A stretch of 42,886 nucleotides of DNA from Candidatus Zixiibacteriota bacterium (lineage in GTDB: Bacteria; Zixibacteria; MSB-5A5; CAIYYT01), in the NCBI GenBank assembly GCA_040235515.1, contig JBECKX010000164.1:1-42886 (forward strand), written 5' to 3'. Shown here one piece after another: positions 28,003 to 37,627 of this stretch. The notes below the pieces were generated by a model. It saw only the letters and a list, made by a program, of their open reading frames with translations. It did no database searches and was not told the origin of the DNA. Position numbers and translations under genes: made by a program. The number at the start of each line of letters is the position of its first letter. Within the stretch, counting starts at the first letter, position 1.

Positions 28003-28430
28003 TTCGCTCCCCCGCCGCTGCGCCTGGGGTGAAGCGATTTTAGAGTGGCGGTGAGATATTCCACAAGCTGCAGGGGTTGATTGTTGTCAAAAAGGGGAGA
28101 CTAAGTAGTTAACCGCTTACCACAGTGAGATTTAAACTTCCCACAACCCGTGCTGGAGCCCGGTCGACTCGTGATTTCCATTGGTTGCCGGGCTCCAATC
28201 TGTCCCGGAATAGCACGGAAGACTGGGCTGGTAGCCTTCCAATCGTGCCGAATTCCGCTTCAAACATCACATTTCTATCACAATTCTGAGTTGCTGGAAC
28301 CCCGCTGAATGTTGATTCGTTTGAGTAATTGAACAACGAGTTGTTGGGCCCAGAATGGTCTCGCTCGATAGAAATAGAGAGTCGCCGAATCGAGAGACAA
28401 ATAATCCTTTTAGTGAAGGAGTAAGATGAT

Positions 28431-29039
28431 ATGAAGAAGCAGATGATTGTGCCGATGCTGATTCTGCTGTCGGTCTCTGCGTTAGCTTTGATATTCGCTG
28501 GAAACAGCGGTTATCTGAAGAGTTCCGTCGCACAGGCTGAAACTGAGAGTGGAGAAAAGATGGCTGCGAAGAAGATGAGTAACAAGATGGGGATGAAGAA
28601 GATCCAGAAGAGCGATCAGGAGTGGCGCAAGGAGCTCACGGAGGAAGAGTACTACATCCTGCGCGAGAAGGGTACGGAGCGTGCGTTCACCGGTAAGTAT
28701 TACAAGACGAAAGATGCCGGAGTTTATGTTTGTGCGGCTTGCGGGAATGAGTTGTTCAGTTCGGACACCAAGTATGAGTCAGGTAGTGGTTGGCCAAGCT
28801 ACTATCAGCCAGTCTCTTCCGAAAGTGTAGAAGAAAACTCCGATATGACTCTTGGTATGATTCGTACTGAGGTCTCCTGCGCGCGCTGTGGCGGACACCT
28901 TGGTCATGTGTTCGATGATGGTCCTCAGCCTACCGGATTGCGTTACTGCATTAACTCGGCAGCGCTCGATTTCGTGGCTGCAGATTCGGCAAAGCCGAAG
29001 ATGGAAACCATGACTGAAAAAAATTCTGAAAATAAGTAA
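28431..29039 (+). CDS. msrB: Peptide-methionine (R)-S-oxide reductase with N-terminal export signal
   Basis: [50 protein letters not shown]; hydrophobic N-terminus. Confidence 0.95.
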   Translation: MKKQMIVPMLILLSVSALALIFAGNSGYLKSSVAQAETESGEKMAAKKMSNKMGMKKIQKSDQEWRKELTEEEYYILREKGTERAFTGKYYKTKDAGVYVCAACGNELFSSDTKYESGSGWPSYYQPVSSESVEENSDMTLGMIRTEVSCARCGGHLGHVFDDGPQPTGLRYCINSAALDFVAADSAKPKMETMTEKNSENK

Positions 29040-29121
29040 AAAACCGCGAGAATGACGTGAACCGATCCACGTTATTTCGGTTGTAACTATCACATCTTTG
29101 ATAACACATCATTGGAGCAAG

Positions 29122-29154
29122 GCCTGAATCTGTGCACAGATTCGGGCTTTTTTT
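29122..29154 (+). terminator. Rho-independent terminator after msrB
   Basis: GCCTGAATCTG-tgca-CAGATTCGGGC followed by T7. Confidence 0.85.
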
Positions 29155-29273
29155 ATTTCCCGCCCATTACTGACTGCTCTTTCCGGCCAAACGACCTTGG
29201 GAAATCCCTTACCTTTTGTTAAGATGAGTTTCGCAGGCGATCTAATTGAAGCATCCCACGGGAGATAGTCTCT

Positions 29274-30449
29274 ATCGAATCAGAAGCGCTAATCCATAGT
29301 CCGGCGGCTATCCTGGCCCTCCTTGCCGGTGTCGCCGGATTCTTTTTCTTTCTCGAAAAGAAGTCCGGCTGGAAATTCTTCAATTTCGTGCCACCGCTGA
29401 TCTTCATTTATCTGGTTCCTGCGTTTTTCTCCAATGTCGGCTTGACCGTCAACAAGTCGCCCGTCTACAGCATGATGTCATCTATCGTGCTGCCGATGTT
29501 CCTCACCATTCTGCTGCTCAACATCGATGTCAAATCCACCGTCAAGGTGATGGGGCGCGGTGTATTCGTGATGCTGATCGGTACGGTCGGTGTGATCATC
29601 GGAGCACCCCTGGCTTTATTGCTGGTAAAGAGTGGTCTGGGTCCGGACGGCTGGAGAGGCTTTGCGGCGCTCTCAGGTAGCTGGGTGGGCGGGACCGGCA
29701 ATATGGCCGTCGCACAGGTAATGTGGGATGTGGGTGGGACCGAATTCGGGCTGGCGGTGATCGCCGATAACGCGGTGTATTTGATCTGGCTTCCGATCAT
29801 GCTCGGCTCGAAGAATCTCGCGAGTCGTTTCAACAAGTTTACCGGCGTCAGTGCACAGCGCCTGAAACAACTTCACGCCGCGGCTGAGGCCATGGAATCG
29901 GATGATCGGGCGCCGGCGATGCGCCACTACCTCTACCTGATTTTCTTCGGGTTGGCGGTTACCGCCGTTTCAGACCAGTTGAGTCAGTTGCTGCCAACCT
30001 TCGGGAAAATCCTCTCCACCTCTACATGGCGTATCCTGCTGGTAACCACCCTGGGGATTGCACTATCGTTTACCCGGGTGCGTGAGATTCCCGGCTCACA
30101 CAATCTGGCGATGGCACTGGTGTATATCTTTGTTGCGAACATGGGTGCCAAGGCTGAACTGGCCGGCATAGCTTCTCAAGCAGGTTGGTTTCTGCTGGGA
30201 GCATACATCTGGATTTTTATCCACGGGGCGTTCATACTCCTCGCGGCCCGGCTGCTGCGGGTGGATGTCCATACTGCGGCGATTTGCAGCGCGGCAAACA
30301 TCGGAGGTGCCGCCTCTGCGCCGATCGTTGCAGCCTATCACAGTGAGTCGCTCGTCCCAGTTTCCATATTGATGGCATTGATTGGATATGCCATCGGCAA
30401 CTATGCGGCGTACTTAACCGGATTGTTCTGCCAGATCGTGGCTGGTTAG
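29274..30449 (+). CDS. DUF819 family membrane protein (probable non-canonical start)
   Basis: GSWVGGTGNM and SAANIGG.ASAP motifs; the first TM helix is encoded in frame upstream of GTG 29388. Confidence 0.85.
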   Translation: MESEALIHSPAAILALLAGVAGFFFFLEKKSGWKFFNFVPPLIFIYLVPAFFSNVGLTVNKSPVYSMMSSIVLPMFLTILLLNIDVKSTVKVMGRGVFVMLIGTVGVIIGAPLALLLVKSGLGPDGWRGFAALSGSWVGGTGNMAVAQVMWDVGGTEFGLAVIADNAVYLIWLPIMLGSKNLASRFNKFTGVSAQRLKQLHAAAEAMESDDRAPAMRHYLYLIFFGLAVTAVSDQLSQLLPTFGKILSTSTWRILLVTTLGIALSFTRVREIPGSHNLAMALVYIFVANMGAKAELAGIASQAGWFLLGAYIWIFIHGAFILLAARLLRVDVHTAAICSAANIGGAASAPIVAAYHSESLVPVSILMALIGYAIGNYAAYLTGLFCQIVAG

Positions 30450-30718
30450 TCCGGGTGGCCAAACACTCGAACACACGCCGCGAGCAGGAAAATCAGCCGA
30501 GCCACCTGATGATCGATAGAGGGAGAGTGACCGGAATGATCGCCGCTTCAATCAGAACAACGGCGAAAGCCCAACTCAATCACTCTTGCACTCGTTACCA
30601 GGTTGCGAGTTGCTGTGCCTCATCCTGCTCGTTGTTGGTGCGTCAGACTGCAATGAGGCTGGAGTGAGCCGCTGCATATTTCTGTTTCCCTTTACCCGGT
30701 GGGGATATATCATTCGAC

Positions 30719-31924
30719 GTGACTGAAACAAGCCCATTCGGACAATTCATACTCCATGTGCTGGCACCTGTCGGCACGGTGATGCTGCTCGGCTTGCTGG
30801 GCGGCAAAGGCGCCAAGCTGATCAAGTTGCCCAAAGTGACGGGCTACTTGCTCATCGGTGTCATCATTGGCCCCTCATTGCTCGGTCTGCTATCCAATGA
30901 AGCGGTTCAGGGCATCAACCTGATCAACGACATCGCTCTTGGTTTGATCATGTTTAACATCGGTGCGGTGTTCGAGATTCACCACATTCGTCAGGTTGGA
31001 ACGAAGATCGCGTGGATCACCGGCGCGCAGGCGTTGGTGAGTTTCGTGCTCACGACCCTCGGCCTCTATTTCATTGGCGGCCTCGATTTCTTTACCAGCG
31101 CATTGATCGGCACGATCAGTATGGAGGTGGCGCCCGCAGCGATCCTGATGGTAATCCGGGAATACAACGCCAAGGGCGAGTTCACCGACACGCTGCTCTC
31201 TGTGGTTGCAGCATCCACCGTCGTCTGCATCCTGGCATTCGAATTCGTTTACTCACTCGGCAACATAGGAAGAGATCTCGGTGTCGTTGGGGGCATGGTT
31301 CGTCCGTTCTACGAGTTCTTCGGTTCACTGCTCGTCGGTGGCACGGTCGGTTACCTGATCTCGCGCTGGGAAGAGCATATCGATGACCAGGCTGAGTTGT
31401 TGATGATCATCATCGCGTCGATCATGCTTGTGGTGGGAATCTCGCACACAATGCAGCTTCAACCGCTACTGGCCACGCTGATCATGGGGGCAATCACCAA
31501 CAACCTCTCGCCGATGCATCGGTTGGTTTATGTTGAGATGAAGCAGGTGGAGCAGCCACTCTATATCGCATTCTTCGTGCTGGCGGGAGCTTCACTCCAT
31601 CTGGACCTGTTGCCGACACTCGGGTTGGCCGGGCTGGTTTACCTGGTGCTGCGAGCTTCCGGCAAAGTGATCGGTACGTGGGTGATTGCCAAGGTCAAAA
31701 ATCTTGGCGGCTCGATTCGCAATAATCTTGGCTTTGCGATGATGGTGCACGCCGGTGTGGCGATCGGATTGGTGGATACGTTAAGCCGCAATTCGCCGGA
31801 ACTGGCAAAGATCGTTTCCCCGATTGTATTGGTTTCAGTACTGATTTACGAAACTGCGGGGCCGCCCCTGATTCGCTTGATCCTGCTGAAGGTTGGTGAC
31901 GCCACAGCAGATGAGGCGGACTAG
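30719..31924 (+). CDS. CPA2-type cation:proton antiporter
   Basis: KLPKVTGYLL.GV.IGPS, FFVLAGASL, R..GK..G, AGVAIGL; about 12 TM helices. Confidence 0.88.
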   Translation: MTETSPFGQFILHVLAPVGTVMLLGLLGGKGAKLIKLPKVTGYLLIGVIIGPSLLGLLSNEAVQGINLINDIALGLIMFNIGAVFEIHHIRQVGTKIAWITGAQALVSFVLTTLGLYFIGGLDFFTSALIGTISMEVAPAAILMVIREYNAKGEFTDTLLSVVAASTVVCILAFEFVYSLGNIGRDLGVVGGMVRPFYEFFGSLLVGGTVGYLISRWEEHIDDQAELLMIIIASIMLVVGISHTMQLQPLLATLIMGAITNNLSPMHRLVYVEMKQVEQPLYIAFFVLAGASLHLDLLPTLGLAGLVYLVLRASGKVIGTWVIAKVKNLGGSIRNNLGFAMMVHAGVAIGLVDTLSRNSPELAKIVSPIVLVSVLIYETAGPPLIRLILLKVGDATADEAD

Positions 31925-31976
31925 GCTGCGGAGGTGGTCGGTGAGTCGGATCTCTTCGCAGTTTACTAATTACGCA

Positions 31977-32120
31977 TCAGCGCCCGCCGTTTATCTCTGA
32001 CCCTACCTTCTTTCGTGATTCCTCGAGAAACTTTTCAGCTTCCTTGCGAATCTTCTCGCGTTCTTTCTTCGAGACTATAACGTTCGCGTAGTCTCGGTCA
32101 GTCGCTTTTCTTATCTCCAT
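31977..32120 (-). CDS. Small charged protein, 47 aa (MEIRKATDRDYANV...)
   Basis: SD AGGAG 6 nt before ATG, overlapping the stop of the upstream GAF fragment; below the ORF-track cutoff. Confidence 0.5.
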   Translation of the reverse strand: MEIRKATDRDYANVIVSKKEREKIRKEAEKFLEESRKKVGSEINGGR

Positions 32121-32129
32121 CGTTGGCTC

Positions 32130-32477
32130 CTACATCCGGACATATCTCTCCGGAATTGCATAAGAAATTAATGCGGCCTCTCTCATGAGCTGGTCGATTA
32201 CGGCCTTCTGACCGAACTTTGTAACCTCAATGTTTCTTTCGCTATCTAAACTTAACACGCCGATGATACGATCTTCGTTTATCGCGAATATCGGCGCGCT
32301 CAAGACCGACTTGATCTTCCGGATTTTGGGGACAATGCGTTGTCGGTTGTCAAGCCTGTCAGCGGGACTGCTGTAGTCAGGGTTGCTTGCATCAAACAGT
32401 ACAGGGCTTGCTAATGCCCACGCCTGCCCGCAGGTTCCGCTGCCTTTGGAGCCCGTGTACCAGTTGCAGTGATTGCG
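32130..32477 (-). pseudogene. 5'-truncated GAF-domain gene fragment
   Basis: Open frame KGSGTCGQAW...IKSVLSAPIF...RIIGVLSLDS...; upstream in-frame TGA at 32478-80 and no start codon before the GAF motifs. Confidence 0.7.
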
Positions 32478-32661
32478 TCACGATCTCTCCGCGCAGGGGG
32501 GCAAACAGAATTAGGGCAATGATGAATTGCAGTGCGCGTCTTCCCATCGCGGCATCCTCTTTTTGATTACAATCAGGTTATGAATTGTAGTGAGGATTCT
32601 ACCGAACTCCCGCGAAACGCACAATCACTTGTTATGGGTCAGATTCTGGGTGCGCAGACAA

Positions 32662-33084
32662 CTACTGCTGGCGAAGTTCCTGAGCCAGAAAATCCTTCAG
32701 CCCCAGGAGATCCTCCTGATATACCCGCTCAAACTCGGCGCCAATCTCGAACATGCCATCGGGGAGTTTCTTTGATCTCACCACGCGACAAACGGCGGTC
32801 AGTTCAGCCGTTGCTGCGTCGTGGCAATCGGTCAGTTTCACGCGGCCCGACTTGTCGCGTCCGAGACAAATCGCAACCTTAAACTGCTCATCGGCATGGA
32901 ACTCCTGTTCCGAAACGAACAGCACGCCGTTGGCACTGATATTTCTAGCTTCCGCCAGAGTTTTGGTGTCCGCCTTGGCGGAATAATGTATTCTATCCGC
33001 AATTACGTGGCATTTAGCCGGCACGCGGACGAAGCGGCGACGCTCCTTCACGTGTGTTTCGGGAGTCGTTGATGATGGGGTCAT
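32662..33084 (-). CDS. PilZ domain c-di-GMP-binding protein
   Basis: ERRRFVR (RxxxR) and NISANG (D/NxSxxG), CRVVR, IGAEF. Confidence 0.9.
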   Translation of the reverse strand: MTPSSTTPETHVKERRRFVRVPAKCHVIADRIHYSAKADTKTLAEARNISANGVLFVSEQEFHADEQFKVAICLGRDKSGRVKLTDCHDAATAELTAVCRVVRSKKLPDGMFEIGAEFERVYQEDLLGLKDFLAQELRQQ

Positions 33085-33128
33085 CTGAAGATTCCTTTCT
33101 GTAAGGCTCCAAATAGTAACTATCCCAT

Positions 33129-33155
33129 TTATCGGAAATCACCGCTGAAATTGAA
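33129..33155 (-). promoter_or_regulatory. Possible sigma28-like promoter for the PilZ gene
   Basis: Minus strand TCAA-N14-TCCGATAA versus consensus TAAA-N15-GCCGATAA. Confidence 0.35.
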
Positions 33156-33218
33156 CCGCCGCCGGGCGCGAAAAAGCTTGCTCAACAGGGAGTCATCTAG
33201 TACCGTATCCTTCCTGTT

Positions 33219-34085
33219 ATGGCGATAGAACGCATGCAAAAGCCGAAGTGGCTGGCGATGAAGCCGCAATTCGGCGAAGGTTATCGACGGGTTCGCAGCC
33301 TGTTAAAAGAGCACGGGTTACACTCCGTCTGCCAGGAGGCATCCTGCCCCAATATGGGCGAATGCTTCGAATCGGGTACGGCGACATTCCTGATTCTGGG
33401 CCATGTCTGTACTCGTTCCTGCGGATTCTGCGATATTCTGAAAGGTAAACCGAAGGTATACGATCTTGGTGAACCGGAACGGCTCGCCGGCGCGGTAGCC
33501 AAGCTGGGGCTGAAGCATGTTGTCATCACCTCTGTAACCCGCGACGATATCGACGACGGCGGGGCGGGCATTTTCGCCGAAACCGTCTACAAGCTGCGCG
33601 AGTACGACCCCGGAATCCAGATCGAACTGCTGATTCCCGATTTCCAGGGCCAGAAATCGGCGGTTGATAAAATCCTCGAGGCGGCGCCGGAAGTCTTCAA
33701 TCATAACATCGAGACGGTGCCACGCTTGTATAAGAAAGTACGGCCGCGGATGGGATACCGACGCAGCCTGTCGATTCTGCGCTATGCCGCAGGCTCCGGC
33801 AAGGTGAAGCTTGTCAAATCAGGCATCTTCGTCGGTGTCGGCGAGCGCGATGATGAGATTAAACAGACGATGCAGGACATTCGCGATTGCGGTGTGGATA
33901 TCTTGACGATCGGGCAGTACCTCTCCCCGTCGAGTCTGCATCTCCCAGTAATAAAATATTACCCACCCGAGGATTTTGCGAAATTCAAGGAGTGGGGTGA
34001 TGAGATGGGATTCAAGCACACCGAATCAGGCCCGTTGGTGAGAAGCTCGTACAAGGCTTCGCACCAGAGTTCAACTTTGATCTGA
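33219..34085 (+). CDS. lipA: Lipoyl synthase
   Basis: CQEASCPNMGEC, CTRSCGFC, HNIETV, GPLVRSSY. Confidence 0.97.
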   Translation: MAIERMQKPKWLAMKPQFGEGYRRVRSLLKEHGLHSVCQEASCPNMGECFESGTATFLILGHVCTRSCGFCDILKGKPKVYDLGEPERLAGAVAKLGLKHVVITSVTRDDIDDGGAGIFAETVYKLREYDPGIQIELLIPDFQGQKSAVDKILEAAPEVFNHNIETVPRLYKKVRPRMGYRRSLSILRYAAGSGKVKLVKSGIFVGVGERDDEIKQTMQDIRDCGVDILTIGQYLSPSSLHLPVIKYYPPEDFAKFKEWGDEMGFKHTESGPLVRSSYKASHQSSTLI

Positions 34086-34139
34086 GAAACGACTAAACAT
34101 CCGACAGCTGGGATCTCAAGTACAGCAATACCGGGAAAC

Positions 34140-35099
34140 ATGTTAGTGAAAGTTTACTTCGCAAAAGAGCTAGGATTTTGCTGGGGGGTAGAGCGCGCCA
34201 TCAACCTCGCCGCCGAGGCAAAAACCAAATTCCCGGGGGATGTGACGATCCTCAAGGAAATCGTTCACAATCGCCAGGTGGTGGATTTCTTTAAGAAGAA
34301 GGGCGTGGGTCAGCAAAACACGCTTGATGAGATCAACGATGGCACACTCGTCATCTCCGCACATGGTCTCAGCCCCAAGCTCAAGACGGAAGCACGCCGC
34401 AAAGGGCTCAACATCGTCGACACGACCTGTCCGCTCGTCGAGAATGTGCATATCTTCACCCGGCAACTGCTCAAGGAGGGGTACCAGGTGGTGCTCTATG
34501 GTGAGCCGGGTCATGATGAAGTGCAAGGCGTGATGGGGATCGATGATCAGAATATTCATCTGCTCGCAGAACTGGAAGATATCTACAAGCTACCGAAATT
34601 CGAGAATGGTAAAGTCGCGCTGATCACGCAAACAACGCGCGGTGTGAAGGCATTCGAGGAAGTCTGCCGTCAGATGCAGGAAATCTACCCCGATATCAAG
34701 ATTGTCAATACGATCTGTGATGCCACAGACCAACGGCAGGCGGCGATTCATGAACTGGCGCCGAACATGGATCTGGTGCTGGTTATCGGGTCACAAAGTT
34801 CAGGAAATTCCCAGAGATTGCGTGATATCGCCGAAGAGTTATGCGGCAAAGCCTACTTGATAGATCATCCCACACAGGTCCAATGGGAATGGTTCGAGGG
34901 TGTCGAGAAACTGGGAATCACGGCAGGCGCATCCACACCGAACTTTGCAGTGGAGGCGATCCTCAAAGCTGTGCACGCCGGTAAGGGTATCGATTTAGAA
35001 AATTCCGACGCACGACTCTTCACCTACAAGAGTTTTGCTCCTCTCAAGCCGGGCTCATCCGAAGAGGCCGTGAATAACAATGTTCAACAATCCGCGTAG
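34140..35099 (+). CDS. ispH: 4-hydroxy-3-methylbut-2-enyl diphosphate reductase
   Basis: GFCWGV, IVHN, TTCPLV, TICDAT, SSGNS, TAGASTP. Confidence 0.96.
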   Translation: MLVKVYFAKELGFCWGVERAINLAAEAKTKFPGDVTILKEIVHNRQVVDFFKKKGVGQQNTLDEINDGTLVISAHGLSPKLKTEARRKGLNIVDTTCPLVENVHIFTRQLLKEGYQVVLYGEPGHDEVQGVMGIDDQNIHLLAELEDIYKLPKFENGKVALITQTTRGVKAFEEVCRQMQEIYPDIKIVNTICDATDQRQAAIHELAPNMDLVLVIGSQSSGNSQRLRDIAEELCGKAYLIDHPTQVQWEWFEGVEKLGITAGASTPNFAVEAILKAVHAGKGIDLENSDARLFTYKSFAPLKPGSSEEAVNNNVQQSA

Positions 35100-36195
35100 A
35101 AAATCACGACAGATCAAAGCCGGTAGTGTGCTGATCGGTGGCGACGCCCCGATTTCAGTGCAATCGATGACCACGACCGATACCCGCGATATCGATAAAA
35201 CCGTCGCGCAGATTCATGCGTTGGAGAAAGCTGGTTGCGATATAGTCCGTGTTGCGGTACTCAACAAGGATGCAGCCAACTCACTGGCCGAGATCAAGAA
35301 CCAGATCAGCATCCCGCTGATTGCGGATATCCACTTCCATTACCGTCTCGCGCTGATTGCTGCCGAACAGGGTGTCGACAAGGTCCGCACCAACCCCGGC
35401 AACATCGGTGACGATGTTAAGATGGAAGCGGTGGTGGAAGCCTGCAAGGAGCGTGGAATCCCGATCAGGATCGGTGTTAACACCGGTTCGCTCGAACATG
35501 ATCTGGTGAAGTCAATGGGGCGTTACAATCCCGATGCGCTGGTGGAGTCGGCTCTGCGCAAAGTGCGCTTCCTGGAGGAGAATGATTTCTACGACATCTG
35601 TATCTCGCTGAAATCCTCTGAAGTCCCCGGTATGGTGACTGCCTATCGCACGATTGCTGAAAAAGTTGATTACCCTCTTCACCTCGGAGTGACTGAAGCT
35701 GGTCCGCTGATGGGCGGCACGATTAAGTCATCGGTTGCCTTCGGACTGCTGCTGCATGAGGGTATCGGTGATACGATTCGTGTCTCGCTCTCTGCCGATC
35801 CGGTCGAGGAAATCAAGGTGGGTAAGAAGATCCTGCAGTCACTCGGCTTCCCCACGAATCAACCCGACCTGGTGAGTTGTCCCACGTGCGGGCGCCTGCA
35901 AACCGATCTGTTCGGATTGATCGGGCGTGTCGAAAAGGTGCTCGAGGGCATCAAGAAGCCGATCAAAGTTGCTGTGATGGGCTGCAATGTCAATGGCCCG
36001 GGTGAAGTGGGTGATGCTGATCTTGGTGTTGTCGGTTCAGCAGACTACCTCGCGTTGGTTCGCAAGGGCAAAGTAATCGGCAAGTTCCCTCCCGACGAGT
36101 TAGAGAAAGAGCTGGTCAAGCAACTCGATACCTTCCGTGACGACGAGCTGGTCGCCAACCAGCCGGTGCTTCCGCAGACTATCCCGACAGAATAA
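35080..36195 (+). CDS. ispG: HMBPP synthase
   Basis: ISVQSMT, ADIHF, NPGNIG, HLGVTEAG, SCPTCGR, VMGCNVNGPGE. Confidence 0.97.
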   Translation: MFNNPRRKSRQIKAGSVLIGGDAPISVQSMTTTDTRDIDKTVAQIHALEKAGCDIVRVAVLNKDAANSLAEIKNQISIPLIADIHFHYRLALIAAEQGVDKVRTNPGNIGDDVKMEAVVEACKERGIPIRIGVNTGSLEHDLVKSMGRYNPDALVESALRKVRFLEENDFYDICISLKSSEVPGMVTAYRTIAEKVDYPLHLGVTEAGPLMGGTIKSSVAFGLLLHEGIGDTIRVSLSADPVEEIKVGKKILQSLGFPTNQPDLVSCPTCGRLQTDLFGLIGRVEKVLEGIKKPIKVAVMGCNVNGPGEVGDADLGVVGSADYLALVRKGKVIGKFPPDELEKELVKQLDTFRDDELVANQPVLPQTIPTE

Positions 36196-36231
36196 AATTC
36201 TCCGAACAGGTATCTGCACCTTCGGTGCAGT

Positions 36232-36257
36232 GTCAGACAGGAATGTCTGCCGCCTAC
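36232..36257 (-). repeat. REP-like element
   Basis: GTCAGACAGGAATGTCTGCCGCCTAC, related to the palindrome inside the 150-bp repeats. Confidence 0.65.
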
Positions 36258-36318
36258 AATTGTCGCGTGCCCGCCAGTTTTCGTCGTCCGGCGGGCTGAG
36301 TAGTGCACAACTGCCGCT

Positions 36319-37029
36319 CTATTCCGTTTCGGTGGCAGTCGAATCTTTCGGCAGCATTGCGTGGGCAGGCAGGTAATACATCGCCGGCATCGCTTCAAAT
36401 TTCGCCGCATTTCCTTCGTTGGCGAAATAGTAATCAACGCCTTCATACTCACGAACCGCAGAGGAAGCGTTGGGACTGAAGCGTTCTCCGGTTACGGGAT
36501 CAGTCAGCCTGCCACAATAATCCGTGACATGCGCAAGGAATTCCTCTTTGGCTCCGTGATCCGCAAAAAAGTAGCACTCGTAGCCGATACGCACACGATG
36601 CAGCGAATCAATAACCGCGCTGCGGGAAGGATCAACAGCGCAGGTTAGTTCCAATCCCAATTCATTCAAATAAATTTCAGGGTCTTGCACGAAGACCTTC
36701 TGGCAGGGGGTTCAGCAGAAGCCTATCGGTTTGTCATTAACAAACAGAGATGGCAGCCTGCGATTGAGCGAAGCCTTGCGGACAGGGCAGCGGTCGTTGA
36801 GCGTGATAGTGCCATCCTCCATCAGCAGATGGGGATAGCGATTCTCCAGCGTGTCTCTCGTGGTCCTCGGGTTGGAGCCGTCAGCGTTGACGTAGAATGC
36901 TGGAATATTGTCACGCCCGGAGATTGATTCCTCGTTTTGACTGCATCCGAGTGACATCAGCGAGACGACGACTGCTGCAGCCAATAAGCTGATAGAGATG
37001 GAAAGTACTGTTTTCATTTTCTCCGCCAT
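36319..37029 (-). CDS. YHS/TRASH-repeat lipoprotein, predicted selenoprotein (Sec106)
   Basis: ORFs 36712-37029 and 36319-36690 are in one frame joined by TGA 36712-14, reading IGFC-U-TPCQKVFVQDPEIYL (YHS FCCxxC..F..DP..Y); lipobox SLGC. Confidence 0.85.
36678..36702 (-). promoter_or_regulatory. Bacterial SECIS-like hairpin
   Basis: mRNA CAG-AA-GGUCUU-CGUGC-AAGACC-CUG; the apical loop begins 21 nt after UGA and has G in position 2. Confidence 0.7.
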
Positions 37030-37208
37030 GAGTTAGGATATTGGATCTGGATGGTATACAATCTAATGGTGAAATTGGTTTCGTGCGACCACTACATTAC
37101 CGAGACCTGTCACAGAAATTTTCACGCCTCGCTACATATCTTCTTGCATCAACCTTATCTTCTCCTACATCGTTTGATCCCGTCACGTACAAACCTGGAG
37201 AGAACAAG

Positions 37209-37610
37209 ATGACGAGCGAAAAGAGACAATCAACCGAAGCTCAGTATCCTTACGTCGGAGCGATACTGATTCAATCAGCAAATGCGGAGGAGCTTGCTGA
37301 GTTTTACGCCGCCGGCCTGCGGCTTGCCCCTCCCAAACCGGTGGGAGAGCATCACATCGGATTGATGGTGGGCGGCACATTTCTGGGTATCGAGAAAGTG
37401 CGCTCACAACCGAAGAATGATGAGCCCTCGACAACTGTGTGGTTTCAGGTTGAGGATTCCACGTCCACCTATGATCGCTTTGTCGAACTCGGCGCCAAGG
37501 AGAAGACCCCGCCAACCTATCAACCATGGGGAGAAACGCTGGCAGAGGTGGTTGATCCGGAGGGCAACGTCATCGGACTAATCAGCAAAGCGGTATCCGA
37601 AAAGTCCTGA
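37209..37610 (+). CDS. VOC/glyoxalase family protein
   Basis: LAEFY..GL, WFQVED, PWGETLAEVVDPEGNVIGL; SD GGAG before ATG 37209. Confidence 0.88.
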   Translation: MTSEKRQSTEAQYPYVGAILIQSANAEELAEFYAAGLRLAPPKPVGEHHIGLMVGGTFLGIEKVRSQPKNDEPSTTVWFQVEDSTSTYDRFVELGAKEKTPPTYQPWGETLAEVVDPEGNVIGLISKAVSEKS

Positions 37611-37627
37611 CAGGAGTTACGACTACG

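Noticed and set aside
30455..30667. 70-aa ORF between DUF819 and the antiporter
   Set aside because: No SD, no motifs, atypical composition.
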